DNA of 64,000 bases from assembly GCA_041736175.1 (NCBI GenBank), contig JBGSUI010000219.1:22823-86822 (forward strand), written 5' to 3'. The notes under the pieces were generated by a model. That model was not told the DNA's origin, searched no databases, and saw only the letters and a program-made list of their open reading frames with translations. The stretch is from Oligoflexales bacterium (GTDB lineage Bacteria > Bdellovibrionota_B > Oligoflexia > Oligoflexales > CAIYRB01). How positions within the stretch are numbered: the stretch's first letter is position 1; the number at the start of each line of letters is the position of its first letter. The position numbers and the translations under genes were made by a program. This document shows positions 1 through 9,581 of the stretch, in pieces.

Positions 1-173
1 GTAAGGCTTAACTCTTTTTGTGCCTTCAAAAGAGCCTCTTGGTTTTGCCCTAATAAAACCACATGGGCCTGGTCTTTGAGGAGAAGCTTTGCCCACTCAA
101 ACCCCATTCCCCGAGAGCCTCCTGTAATCAGGGCTCGCATCCCGGCTACCTTAACTCCCACAGGTTTATCCAC
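1..173 (-). CDS. SDR-family oxidoreductase (5' part; runs off the window edge)
   Basis: Manual minus-strand translation gives MDKPVGVKVAGMRALITGGSRGMGFEWAK..., with the TGxxxGxG Rossmann motif. GTG at 173 has AGGAG 7 nt upstream. Confidence 0.8.
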   Translation of the reverse strand, partial: MDKPVGVKVAGMRALITGGSRGMGFEWAKLLLKDQAHVVLLGQNQEALLKAQKELSL

Positions 174-218
174 AGAGCGACTCCTTAGTGGTCGATGATT
201 TCTATGCCTGAGACACCG

Positions 219-803
219 CTACAGGTCTTTTACTCCACAGCGTCGCTGCCGATCTAGCCTTAATTTTGCCTCTCTGGCGCGGCATATCTCACAGAGAACC
301 TCTCCTTCAGTGCAGCATTGGTCCTCCACATCGACTTTATCACAACCTTTTCCCTCGGGAACGCTGCATTTTTGGCGCCACCCAATCATCGCATTCAGGG
401 CTTTCATCCGACAATCGACACACTCATCGCGATCCCCCCCACAGCAAGTGGTGATCTTAACCCCTGGGCCGCAGGTTTTAAGCTCTTCAAAGGTTGGTAG
501 GCACTCTTGACGCCATTTTTCAAGAGCTGCTTGCATTTGAATCCTACAGAAACCACAGTCTTGATGTGATGCCTGACAACAATCAGCCGGATCTGGTCGA
601 GTGATGCAGTTGGAGAGTCTCTGGCTCGCTGGAGTTTGGATATCTGGCGTGGCTGCGGGCTCCCCAACGATGCTCCCAGCAGACTCCACCTCGTCTGCCA
701 TTTCTGGAGACTTCGCCCTATCGCCCAAACAACTCGGCAACACAAAGAGAAAGGTAAGAAGGGATCCAAAAAAAGAAACCTTAATAAAGGTTGCTTGAAT
801 CAT
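219..803 (-). CDS. Cys-rich triple-repeat putative lipoprotein
   Basis: ORF 219..857, likely ATG at 803. A hydrophobic leader ends in LPSC, followed by three CC-x6-C-x2-CR...C repeats. Confidence 0.6.
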   Translation of the reverse strand: MIQATFIKVSFFGSLLTFLFVLPSCLGDRAKSPEMADEVESAGSIVGEPAATPDIQTPASQRLSNCITRPDPADCCQASHQDCGFCRIQMQAALEKWRQECLPTFEELKTCGPGVKITTCCGGDRDECVDCRMKALNAMIGWRQKCSVPEGKGCDKVDVEDQCCTEGEVLCEICRAREAKLRLDRQRRCGVKDL

Positions 804-1152
804 TCGTCTCAAGTTCCAAAAGACCCTCAGCCGCACAGATTTCCCGAAGATCGCCATCAGCTTCCCTCAAAAAAAGACCGCACCGATACATGCCGTCAAT
901 GCCGAGATGGTTATGACAATATGCTAATTCAACTCTAAACTTGTGACGATTGATAAGCAACCAATAGTAGGCGCCTTTTCTTAAATTTTCTTTGACGACA
1001 AACCCCAGCCCCCTTCGGGATACATCCGTCGGTCGAATCGCGATTTTCCAGTCGGAATTATCCTGTGAAACCAGATTGAGGCAAAAATCTCCTGTAAATC
1101 TTTCGTCCCTCTCCTCGCTCCTTTTATCTTTTGTTTTTTGTACCTGGACCAT
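781..1152 (-). CDS. Stand-alone PilZ-domain protein (putative c-di-GMP receptor)
   Basis: RSEER (RxxxR) and DVSRRG (DxSxxG) motifs; 123 aa; GGGGGAG RBS. Confidence 0.75.
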   Translation of the reverse strand: MVQVQKTKDKRSEERDERFTGDFCLNLVSQDNSDWKIAIRPTDVSRRGLGFVVKENLRKGAYYWLLINRHKFRVELAYCHNHLGIDGMYRCGLFLREADGDLREICAAEGLLELETNDSSNLY

Positions 1153-1182
1153 TTTACACTCCCCCTCAATGTGACATCCTAT

Positions 1183-1209
1183 ACATCGACAATTGAGGAG
1201 GTTTCTTTA
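1183..1209 (-). promoter_or_regulatory. sigma28 (FliA)-like promoter
   Basis: Minus strand TAAA-N15-GTCGATGT, 30 nt upstream of the PilZ ATG. Confidence 0.55.
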
Positions 1210-1258
1210 AACTTTTTCAAAAAAAATTATTTTTATTCTTTGATTTTATAGGCTTGAA

Positions 1259-2851
1259 TTACTTTGATGAATCGCTTTTGGCGGACATACCGATCCTGTG
1301 GATTCTTAAAATCCGTCCGATGATATCGGAGGTCGAAATCCCCGGAACAAGCGGAATCGTCTGCACCTTTCCACCTTTTGATCGCACATACTCTCCACCG
1401 ATGATCTCTTGGGCATCACCCTGGGCCGCATCCACTCGGTAATCGCCACCCTTAATAAGAATATCTGGTACGATCTTACGAATTAAGTTTTCGGGGGTAT
1501 TTTCGGAAAAGGGGATCACAAAGTCCACGCTTTCCAAACCTGCAAGCAGCATCATTCGCTCGGTAAGCCCCACAATAGGCCGCTCAGCTCCTTTAATGCG
1601 GCGAATCGATTCGTCGCTATTGATGCCGACGATGAGAATATCTCCCTGTTCCTTGGCGAGTTCGAGGTAGCTTACATGACCCGCATGGAGGATATCAAAG
1701 CATCCGTTGGTAAAAACCACCTTAAGGCGACGTTCTTGGGGTATCGACGCCAAAAAAGGTATTTTTTTAAAGAGACTTTCTATATCCACAACCTTTTTAA
1801 GAGCTTTACGACCTTGACCCCACTGGACTCCACCACCACCGATTGCGCCCACACGCCCCTGATTAAGGGCTAAGATGAGTTCCTCAGCATAGACTGGTTG
1901 GGTTCCAACCTTACCGACAGCTATGGCTGCCGCTGCATTGGCCAAAATCGCGCCTTCTTCCAAGGATTCTCCACAGGCTAAACAGAGTCCCATAACCGCG
2001 GCAACGGTATCTCCTGCACCGGAGACATCGAAAACCTCCCTGGCTAATGCTTTAAGGCTCAGGATTGATTGGCCGGGGACTGGTTCCTTTTGCGGTTTTA
2101 GCAAGATCATTCCCTTAGGCCCAAGGGTTACCAGAATATTTTCAAAACCGTAGCGACTCTGAAGGCCGCTGGCCAGGACAGCTCCGGCTTCTGGGCCATC
2201 AGGGTCTAAATCCAGTGCTTCGCACGCCTCCTTACGATTCGGTGTGATAAGGTGCGCTCCAGAGTAGCAACTCAAATCTTTGCGTTTTGGATCCACAACC
2301 ACTAAAACACCCTTAGATTGGGCGATCGCGATAATCTGCCGTAAAAAAGCATCCGTCAACAAACCCTTTCCATAGTCACTGATCAAAATAGCATCGAATT
2401 TTGTTTGATCCAGGGCAGTGACCAAGTTTTCAATGAGATGGTGTGGGACTGAAACAGATTTTTCCCAGTCCACCCGGATAAGCTGCTGAACGCCCGAAGT
2501 CACCCTTGTCTTGCGAATCGTGGGGCGATCCATAGCCTGTAGGACAAACTCTTCGTCAATCCCCTCTCTTTTTAGAAGTGCCTTGAGTTCTTGACCTGCC
2601 TGATCTTTTCCGACCACACTAAAGAGCTTTGCTTTTCCACCTAGTGTCTGAATGTTAAGAGCAGCGTTGGCTGCCCCCCCTGGCCTATGGAGTGTTTCTG
2701 TTACGAGATGGACCGGCACAGGTGCCTCGGGAGAGATGCGATTGACTTGTCCTATCAAATACTCGTCTAACATTACATCGCCAACGACTGCCACTGTAGG
2801 TGTCATTTCTTTTAGCCACGGAAGAATGCCAGATTTTCCTAAATCGACCAA
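1259..2851 (-). CDS. hldE: Bifunctional heptose-7-phosphate kinase / heptose-1-phosphate adenylyltransferase
   Basis: VVGDVMLD, RISPEAPVPV and DVSGAGDT (PfkB kinase domain) plus TNGCFDILHAGH (adenylyltransferase domain). Confidence 0.95.
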   Translation of the reverse strand: MVDLGKSGILPWLKEMTPTVAVVGDVMLDEYLIGQVNRISPEAPVPVHLVTETLHRPGGAANAALNIQTLGGKAKLFSVVGKDQAGQELKALLKREGIDEEFVLQAMDRPTIRKTRVTSGVQQLIRVDWEKSVSVPHHLIENLVTALDQTKFDAILISDYGKGLLTDAFLRQIIAIAQSKGVLVVVDPKRKDLSCYSGAHLITPNRKEACEALDLDPDGPEAGAVLASGLQSRYGFENILVTLGPKGMILLKPQKEPVPGQSILSLKALAREVFDVSGAGDTVAAVMGLCLACGESLEEGAILANAAAAIAVGKVGTQPVYAEELILALNQGRVGAIGGGGVQWGQGRKALKKVVDIESLFKKIPFLASIPQERRLKVVFTNGCFDILHAGHVSYLELAKEQGDILIVGINSDESIRRIKGAERPIVGLTERMMLLAGLESVDFVIPFSENTPENLIRKIVPDILIKGGDYRVDAAQGDAQEIIGGEYVRSKGGKVQTIPLVPGISTSDIIGRILRIHRIGMSAKSDSSK

Positions 2852-2872
2852 GTTAAACCCTCCGACGAAAGA

Positions 2873-2912
2873 TTGACGACATTTCTTTGACGACTTCAGT
2901 CACAAATCTGAC
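2873..2912. promoter_or_regulatory. Candidate upstream activator sequence for the sigma54 promoter
   Basis: TTGACGAC direct repeat (2873-2880, 2887-2894) and a GTCA-N6-TGAC dyad (2899-2912), about 110 bp upstream of the -24 box. Confidence 0.45.
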
Positions 2913-3021
2913 AAAACCTAATCACTATGATCCAAATGTGGTTATAGCACACCATAACAATCAAATAAATCCTTTGCTATTTCAGGGAGCCAAATATCTG
3001 TGAGACTCCAGTTGAAACTGT

Positions 3022-3037
3022 TGGCACAGACTTTGCT
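3022..3037 (+). promoter_or_regulatory. sigma54 (-24/-12) promoter of the flagellar operon
   Basis: TGGCAC-AGACT-TTGCT matches TGGCAC-N5-TTGCW; 48 nt upstream of ATG 3086. Confidence 0.85.
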
Positions 3038-3085
3038 AACTAAAGAATACGCGTCAGTTTTTGCCCCCCCAAGTTTGAGATTCCT

Positions 3086-5527
3086 ATGACACTAGGCACA
3101 TCCACCAAAATATCTTCGAAAATCTCCACGATTTTTGCTTGGGTCTTGGGCGCATGCCTCTTAATAGTTCCCAGATCTCCCTTCATCAATGTTGCGGCTG
3201 GCCAGGGGAGTTTTTCGCAAATCACGGCGACTCTCCCATCGGATAGACCCTTCCGCTATGATTACCAAAGCCAAGATCATTCCCTCAATTTAGAGTTTGA
3301 TAAAACCTCTCCCGATGAGCTGGCAGCTTTTGAGCGCTATGACGAAAAAATGGTCAAACGAGTTGTCTTTAAGGATATGTCACCTGCTGGCACACGAGTC
3401 AAACTTGTATTAAAAAACCGTGATATCAAAGTCCTTGTCCAGTCCTATAAAGAGCCTTTCCGCATTGTCATAGACATGTACGACTCCAACTACCAACCTA
3501 CTTTTGATTTAAAAACGAATTTCCCATTGACAACTCCCTACAGCGATTCCACCTCTTCTATCACAGGGGATTCCTCCAACAGTTCTTTGCCTGACTATAA
3601 AAATAGTGGAAAGGGTTTGATGCTTCTCAAGAGCACTCCTGAACCTCTTGCTACCCCTAGTTCCTCGCCGGTTCCCGCTCAAACCACCAACGCAAACCAA
3701 AGACGCCTTCTTCAGCCATTAGGAAAAATATTCCTTTCACCCCAAGATATGCAGGCCGCCCTCGCCGGTATTCCTGACGGCCAAGGCAGCATGTGGGCCT
3801 CCTACCCTCCTTATATCTATCGATTGCAAACGGCAGCCTATGACCGTCGAGACTTTACTGGAAACAACGAACGGTCAAACCCATCGCTACCATCCCTATC
3901 CGATGCACTCTCTTCCTCTAAAATCATGGCAGACTATGCCGGAAAAATGTTTGACCTGGGAAACGAAAACAAAGCACTGGTCACCTACAATCAAATATTG
4001 CAAAAGGACCCGGCCTTTTTTGACCAGGACGCCTTGTCACTCTGGAAATTGGCAGAGATCCACTTAGGAAGCGGAAACCTCACCCTTGCTCGCGGCTACT
4101 ACGAGGTTTTGGTGTCGAAGTACCCGGAATCAGCGTTGGCGCCATTTAGTCGGCTACGCATCCTCGACGTGGCCGCGATACGCTATATACAAAAAAACCG
4201 GTTTAAAGATCTTTCGGATTTTGTAGAAAAACTTGATTCCATAAAAGTTTGGAATAACGGAGAAGTCTCCGGACTTATCGCCCTAAGGAGAGCCTACTGG
4301 TCCAGCCCAGGTACCGAAGTCGGCAATAATTATGCCCTGATTCCGCGTGTCAAACGGGATATCTATCAGCTTTTATCAACCCAATATGCTGGTGCCGAAA
4401 ATCCTCGCACGGCCTTTCTTATCTCAAGCATTCTGATCAATGAATTCTGCCAAAACGACTATCAGTGGCAACGGTCCAATGGCCTTTTTGCAGAAGAATA
4501 CTTTAAAAGATTCTCTGGACCTAAAACAGAACAATATCAAAACACCCTACGCGAAAAGCTGTTCCTTAAAATCAACTCTACGATTCAAAACAAAGTCGCC
4601 GCCGGTAATCTCATTGATGCGATCGAAGATTACGAAAATCTTCCGAAGTCCATGCAATCGGTTCGCAAAAATGCCAAAACCGGATGGTCCCTCGCTGAGT
4701 CCTACCGCCTTTTGGGACACCTTGGCAAATCTCTGGAATTTTATAAAAACGCAGCTGATGCTGTACCCGAAGGTAGCATCGACCGGTTTAAATCAGAATT
4801 CTGGGTTGCTTATATATCATTTTTGGAATCAAAAGAAAGAAGCTCTACAAATAAAGCCACTTCAAACCAAAATCTAGTGAAACAAGCTCAAAAATATGAT
4901 TCCAGGATGGCTGCTTCCTGGAACCGCCTCAGCCAAGTCGACAAAGATAAGCTCGCGGAGTCCTACAAGGAAAACTTTGAAAAGGCCGTCACAAACAGCG
5001 TTAAGCTCCGAAAGCCTGCGCAAATCGTCTTGGGAAACTGGACCGCTAAACTAACTTCCAAGATCTCTACGTCGACTCCCCAAGAGCCTGGCATCAACGG
5101 CATCGATAAATCTTACAGTCCATCTGCAAGTGCTTTATTTTTACTCACTGACCTGAGCAAACTTTTTGAGAGTCTTGGGATGCTTAAGGAAAAACGTGAG
5201 GCCACCCTGCTCTTAAAAAACATGAAGCCCGGCGATTTCTTAGATGACCAATCAGCAAAAAATATTTGGGCTGAACAACTCGAAAAGCTTGCAGAAGAAT
5301 ATCGGAAATCTAACCAATATCTGGATGCTGGAAAGCTTTTCGGATTTGTCGGCGAAAACAGCGAAAATTGGGAGAAAAAGGCCGAGACTCTCTACAAGAG
5401 CGGCCTCCTGCTTTTTAGAGCAGGTCGTAAGCAGGACGCCATCAACTCCCTCCAAAAGGCAGCGGACGACGGCAATAACCTATTCTATGCAAATTTGGCA
5501 AAAGAGCGCTTGAACCAAATTCAATAA
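3086..5527 (+). CDS. Large exported TPR protein with an N-terminal AMIN-like beta domain; first gene of the flagellar operon
   Basis: N-terminal hydrophobic segment; beta-rich region (LNLEFDKT...PFRIVIDM); many TPR-like helices (LWKLAEIHLGSGNLTLARGYYEVL). Confidence 0.7.
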   Translation: MTLGTSTKISSKISTIFAWVLGACLLIVPRSPFINVAAGQGSFSQITATLPSDRPFRYDYQSQDHSLNLEFDKTSPDELAAFERYDEKMVKRVVFKDMSPAGTRVKLVLKNRDIKVLVQSYKEPFRIVIDMYDSNYQPTFDLKTNFPLTTPYSDSTSSITGDSSNSSLPDYKNSGKGLMLLKSTPEPLATPSSSPVPAQTTNANQRRLLQPLGKIFLSPQDMQAALAGIPDGQGSMWASYPPYIYRLQTAAYDRRDFTGNNERSNPSLPSLSDALSSSKIMADYAGKMFDLGNENKALVTYNQILQKDPAFFDQDALSLWKLAEIHLGSGNLTLARGYYEVLVSKYPESALAPFSRLRILDVAAIRYIQKNRFKDLSDFVEKLDSIKVWNNGEVSGLIALRRAYWSSPGTEVGNNYALIPRVKRDIYQLLSTQYAGAENPRTAFLISSILINEFCQNDYQWQRSNGLFAEEYFKRFSGPKTEQYQNTLREKLFLKINSTIQNKVAAGNLIDAIEDYENLPKSMQSVRKNAKTGWSLAESYRLLGHLGKSLEFYKNAADAVPEGSIDRFKSEFWVAYISFLESKERSSTNKATSNQNLVKQAQKYDSRMAASWNRLSQVDKDKLAESYKENFEKAVTNSVKLRKPAQIVLGNWTAKLTSKISTSTPQEPGINGIDKSYSPSASALFLLTDLSKLFESLGMLKEKREATLLLKNMKPGDFLDDQSAKNIWAEQLEKLAEEYRKSNQYLDAGKLFGFVGENSENWEKKAETLYKSGLLLFRAGRKQDAINSLQKAADDGNNLFYANLAKERLNQIQ

Positions 5528-5550
5528 TTTTAACGGAGGAGCCTTTATTC

Positions 5551-6672
5551 ATGAGTCATTTTACCCCGAACACAGCACCTAACAATCAGCCCCAAAAGGA
5601 TCAGGCAAACCAGGCAGAATTTCTTAATTTTATTCAAGATCAAAAGGCCCAAACTGACAAAGTCTCTAGCCTCCTGACTATGCCGACCTTTAAATTTCAG
5701 GGGACTACTGAATACAGCCCCCGTATGGCCAAGATTAAAGAACTCATCCTCCAAATCGCCGATACAAGCGTTCCGGTCCTTGTTTCTGGAGATTCCGGAG
5801 TCGGTAAAGAAATCATTGCCCGCTATATTCATTCAACATCCCTTAGCAACTCAGGCCCTTTTATCGCCGTCAACTGCGCGGCGCTGCCGACAAACCTGCT
5901 CGAAAGCGAGCTGTTTGGTCACGAAAAAGGCTCTTTTACGGGCGCACATTCTCGGCATATCGGCAAGTTTGAACAAGCCCAATCTGGCACTATCCTCCTC
6001 GATGAAATCACCGAAATGGACTTGGTCCTCCAGTCAAAGCTCCTGAGAGTCTTACAAGAAAAAGAAATCGATCGTGTCGGCGGCAACGCTCCAATACCCA
6101 TCAAAACCCGTATCATCGCCACCACTAACCGCGACATCGGCAAACATGTGCAGCAGGGCCTCTTCCGCCAAGATCTCTACTACCGACTCCATGTGATCCA
6201 TATTCAAATCCCGCCCCTTAGAGAACGGATAGGTGAAATCCTGCCCCTAGCTCGGCATTTTATCGACTACTATGCCAGCCAATTTGGACGCCCCCATACA
6301 GAACTCTCCTCTCAATCCGAAAACGCCCTTAAATCCTACCCCTGGCCAGGAAATGTCCGAGAGCTACAGAATACGATCCAAAGGTCGATCCTTCTTTGTA
6401 AAAACAACGTTATTAATCTGGATGATCTCAATATCGCGCTCCCTGAAGAATCGGAACCTTTTAACACCTGGGCAAAGCATCTTCCTATTGGCCATCTCCT
6501 CCGTGACGTTGAAACCCAATTTATCTTGGCTACCCTTAAATACCATCATGGCAATCGAACCCATGCTGCCAAAACCCTTGGTATAAGCCTAAGAACCCTG
6601 CGAAACAAGATTAACGAGTTTCACTCCGAAGGACTCGAAGTGGTTTCACCAACCAAGAGAAAACTAACATGA
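5551..6672 (+). CDS. sigma54-dependent enhancer-binding protein (FlgR/FleQ-like) lacking an N-terminal receiver domain
   Basis: Walker A GDSGVGKE, ESELFGHEKGSFTGA, LLDEI, WPGNVREL and a Fis-type HTH (NRTHAAKTLGISLRTL). Confidence 0.9.
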   Translation: MSHFTPNTAPNNQPQKDQANQAEFLNFIQDQKAQTDKVSSLLTMPTFKFQGTTEYSPRMAKIKELILQIADTSVPVLVSGDSGVGKEIIARYIHSTSLSNSGPFIAVNCAALPTNLLESELFGHEKGSFTGAHSRHIGKFEQAQSGTILLDEITEMDLVLQSKLLRVLQEKEIDRVGGNAPIPIKTRIIATTNRDIGKHVQQGLFRQDLYYRLHVIHIQIPPLRERIGEILPLARHFIDYYASQFGRPHTELSSQSENALKSYPWPGNVRELQNTIQRSILLCKNNVINLDDLNIALPEESEPFNTWAKHLPIGHLLRDVETQFILATLKYHHGNRTHAAKTLGISLRTLRNKINEFHSEGLEVVSPTKRKLT

Positions 6673-7094
6673 CCAGACAATTACTAGGCATCTTTAATTT
6701 TGCTGACCGTTTGCAGATGACCAGTCTCGATCATCGCCTTAAACGAGCTGACGTCGTTGCTGCAAATATCGCTAACGCCGAGACCCCTGGATTTAGAGCC
6801 CTAGGCTACGATTTTGAAGATCAATTGGCAAGCCTAGCCCATTTAGACCGATCGCTACCACTTAAGGTAGGAGATGACAAACACTTTAAAAACAGCTTTA
6901 CAAGGTCCGACGGTAAAGTCGAACCAGATGTGTATGTTCGCCCAACAGAGTCCGTCCCAGAGGACGGAAATACAGTGGACATGGACAAAGAGATGATCAC
7001 GATGGCAGACAATCAAATCCTCTATAAATCGGCTATAGAGATTATCAATCGAAAAATCGGGTCTTTAAAATACGCGATCAATGGTGGTCGGTGA
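6669..7094 (+). CDS. flgB: Flagellar basal-body rod protein FlgB
   Basis: AANIANAETPGF and DGNTVDMDKEM motifs; gene order. Confidence 0.95.
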   Translation: MTRQLLGIFNFADRLQMTSLDHRLKRADVVAANIANAETPGFRALGYDFEDQLASLAHLDRSLPLKVGDDKHFKNSFTRSDGKVEPDVYVRPTESVPEDGNTVDMDKEMITMADNQILYKSAIEIINRKIGSLKYAINGGR

Positions 7095-7122
7095 TGATTT
7101 TATTGATCTCTAACAACGGAGA

Positions 7123-7566
7123 ATGTTTATGAGTCAATTTAAAGCAATGGCAATCAGTAGTTCAGGACTCTCTGCGCAGCGGTTAAGGATGAATATTTTG
7201 TCAGCAAACCTTGCCAACGCCCAGACTACCCGCGGCGACGAAGGTGGTGCCTATAAAAGAAGAGATGTGGTTTTCTCTGCCACACCGACAGGCGATAAAT
7301 TTGACGATTTTTTGAATGGTACCCACGGGACCGAGCTGAGAAAAGTTGATGTGGTGGGAATCCATAAAGATCCCTCGGCGCCCAGAAAGGTCTTCGATCC
7401 CTCTCACCCTGATGCAAACCAACAGGGATTTGTCGAAATGCCTAACATTAATGTGATGACGGAGATGGTAAACATGCTTACCGCGACGAGAGCCTTTGAA
7501 GCCAATGCGACCGCCATAGATGATTCAAAACAAATGGCGATGCGGGCACTAGAAATCGGAAGGTAA
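7123..7566 (+). CDS. flgC: Flagellar basal-body rod protein FlgC
   Basis: SGLSAQRLRMNILSANLANAQTT; DPSHPDAN..GFVEMPNIN. Confidence 0.95.
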   Translation: MFMSQFKAMAISSSGLSAQRLRMNILSANLANAQTTRGDEGGAYKRRDVVFSATPTGDKFDDFLNGTHGTELRKVDVVGIHKDPSAPRKVFDPSHPDANQQGFVEMPNINVMTEMVNMLTATRAFEANATAIDDSKQMAMRALEIGR

Positions 7567-7590
7567 CAGATCTTTTTAATAGGGTAAACA

Positions 7591-7923
7591 ATGGCTTTAC
7601 ACTCTGTACTTAAATCTAAAGAGCAGATTCTAGACACCCTCAGGAATATACAGAAAGATGTTGACCAATCCAAAAATCAAAACACGAATGCCCAATCCTC
7701 TAGCTCCAGCTTTTATGAGCATCTCAAAGAGTCCACCCAAGAGATCAATAAAGCCCAAGTCGTAGCCGATGTAAAGTCCGTGGAGTTAAATACTGGCCGT
7801 AATGGGAACATCCATGAAACCATGCTTGCAGCCACCCAAGCTGAACTATCCCTAAACTTAATGGTCCAGATCAGAAACAAAGCCCTTGAAGCCTATAACG
7901 AAATCATGCGGATGCCAGTATAA
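7591..7923 (+). CDS. fliE: Flagellar hook-basal body protein FliE
   Basis: C-terminal VQIRNKALEAYNEIMRMPV. Confidence 0.95.
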   Translation: MALHSVLKSKEQILDTLRNIQKDVDQSKNQNTNAQSSSSSFYEHLKESTQEINKAQVVADVKSVELNTGRNGNIHETMLAATQAELSLNLMVQIRNKALEAYNEIMRMPV

Positions 7924-9545
7924 TGAATCAAATTAAAGATTTTTTAGCGAGTCTTAAGCAAAATATCCGCGATTTCTGGGCGACTCTCAGCAAAACCAAG
8001 AGACTCTTTGTCTATGGAGCTCTCCTAGCAGTCGTCGTGGCCTTGGTCCTAGCCTTATCGATGAGAGACAAGTCGACCTACGAATATCTCTTTGTCGACT
8101 TATCTCAGGAAGACATCAATCAAATATCCGCATCTCTAAAGCAAAATAATGTTAGCAATTTTATCATTGATCAAAAAGGCATCCAGGTGCCTGCCCAGGA
8201 CGTCCTCAGATTAAGACTGAAATTGTCCCAGGACGGCCTCCCCAATCATGGGGTTGTGGGCTGGGAAAAATTTGACAACCAAGATTTTGCTAGAACCGAA
8301 TTTGAACAGCGAATCAATAAACAACGGGCGATCCAAGGAGAGCTTTCCCGAACGATTTCTCTTATCGATGGAGTTATACATGCAAAGGTTCATATCGTTG
8401 CTCCAAAAAAGAGCTTGTTTCTCGAAGAAAAAATCGAGACAACGGCCGCCGTATACTTAAAAACTAAACCCGGTGTCAATCTAGATAAAAAGCAAGTTAA
8501 AGGGATCGTTAATCTGGTTTCAAAATCCGTCGAAGGACTCAACCCCAATAACGTCACCATAATCGACGGCGATGGAAAGATGCTGACAGAAGCTGAGACA
8601 GACGATCCAAATGTAAAAATGACAAAGGAAATGCTTGCCTACAAGCGAGCAATCGAAAAGCAATATGAAGAAAACATTCGGGGTATCGTCGGGAGAGTGG
8701 TAGGCTTTGACCGCATTGATGTCAAGGTCGATGCGACTGTCGACTTCACTATGGAGCAACAAACCATCAGCGATGTCGATCCCGACCGGGTCGCGACGGT
8801 GTCACGGGAAACCCAGGGATACTCCCTTAATGGCTCAGGACTCAATCCTACCGGAATCCCCGGTGCCAAGTCAAATGTACCTGGCGAACAAGAATCCATT
8901 AATATGAGTCAAGCTTCGACCTCCAATAAAAAAGATTCCGAAGTGGTCAACTTTGAGATTGCAAAGAAGGTCAGTCAAAAAACCCTTCCTGTCGGCAAGA
9001 TTGTAAAGCTCTCTACCGCTGTTATCGTCGATGGCAAACAGCAGTATCTGCCCGATGGGACCCAGCCTATATTCGAAGCTCGTACCGAAGAAGAGCTGAA
9101 AAAGCTGGACGAATTGGTCAAATCAGCCATTGGTTTTGAGGAAAAGCGTGGCGATATTGTCACAGTAAGAAATATGATGTTTCAGCTTGACCAAATCAAA
9201 ATCGATACGATCAAAGAAGAAACTCGCCAAACAAGAGAATATATATCGACGTTGGCTGTTTCTGCGGCGATAGCACTCGGGCTCGTGTTTTTCTTTGCCC
9301 TCATTGTCAGACCCTACTTCCGCTGGCTCTCCTATGACCCGTCACGTAAACATGACCAGCAGGTTGTTGAAGACTTTAAACCCGACTTGGAACTAGGTAC
9401 ATTGCAAAATGTGCAGATTAAAGAAGATATACCTTTTGAAAAGCTCTCGCCTCAAGAACAGGTGATGTTTTTGGCAAAAAATGAACCTAAACGAACGACC
9501 GAAGCGCTCCGCCTCCTCTTAAACCCGCACCATAACGTAACTTAA
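7923..9545 (+). CDS. fliF: Flagellar MS-ring protein FliF
   Basis: Two TM segments; GWEKFD, RAIQGELSRTI and AKVHIV motifs. Confidence 0.95.
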   Translation: MNQIKDFLASLKQNIRDFWATLSKTKRLFVYGALLAVVVALVLALSMRDKSTYEYLFVDLSQEDINQISASLKQNNVSNFIIDQKGIQVPAQDVLRLRLKLSQDGLPNHGVVGWEKFDNQDFARTEFEQRINKQRAIQGELSRTISLIDGVIHAKVHIVAPKKSLFLEEKIETTAAVYLKTKPGVNLDKKQVKGIVNLVSKSVEGLNPNNVTIIDGDGKMLTEAETDDPNVKMTKEMLAYKRAIEKQYEENIRGIVGRVVGFDRIDVKVDATVDFTMEQQTISDVDPDRVATVSRETQGYSLNGSGLNPTGIPGAKSNVPGEQESINMSQASTSNKKDSEVVNFEIAKKVSQKTLPVGKIVKLSTAVIVDGKQQYLPDGTQPIFEARTEEELKKLDELVKSAIGFEEKRGDIVTVRNMMFQLDQIKIDTIKEETRQTREYISTLAVSAAIALGLVFFFALIVRPYFRWLSYDPSRKHDQQVVEDFKPDLELGTLQNVQIKEDIPFEKLSPQEQVMFLAKNEPKRTTEALRLLLNPHHNVT

Positions 9546-9581
9546 ATATCGCCCTTTACTTAAAATTCTTGGAGATCTTGG

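Noticed and set aside
166..174. Perfect DnaA box TTATCCACA
   Set aside because: Single copy overlapping the SDR start codon; no box cluster or dnaA nearby, so not oriC.
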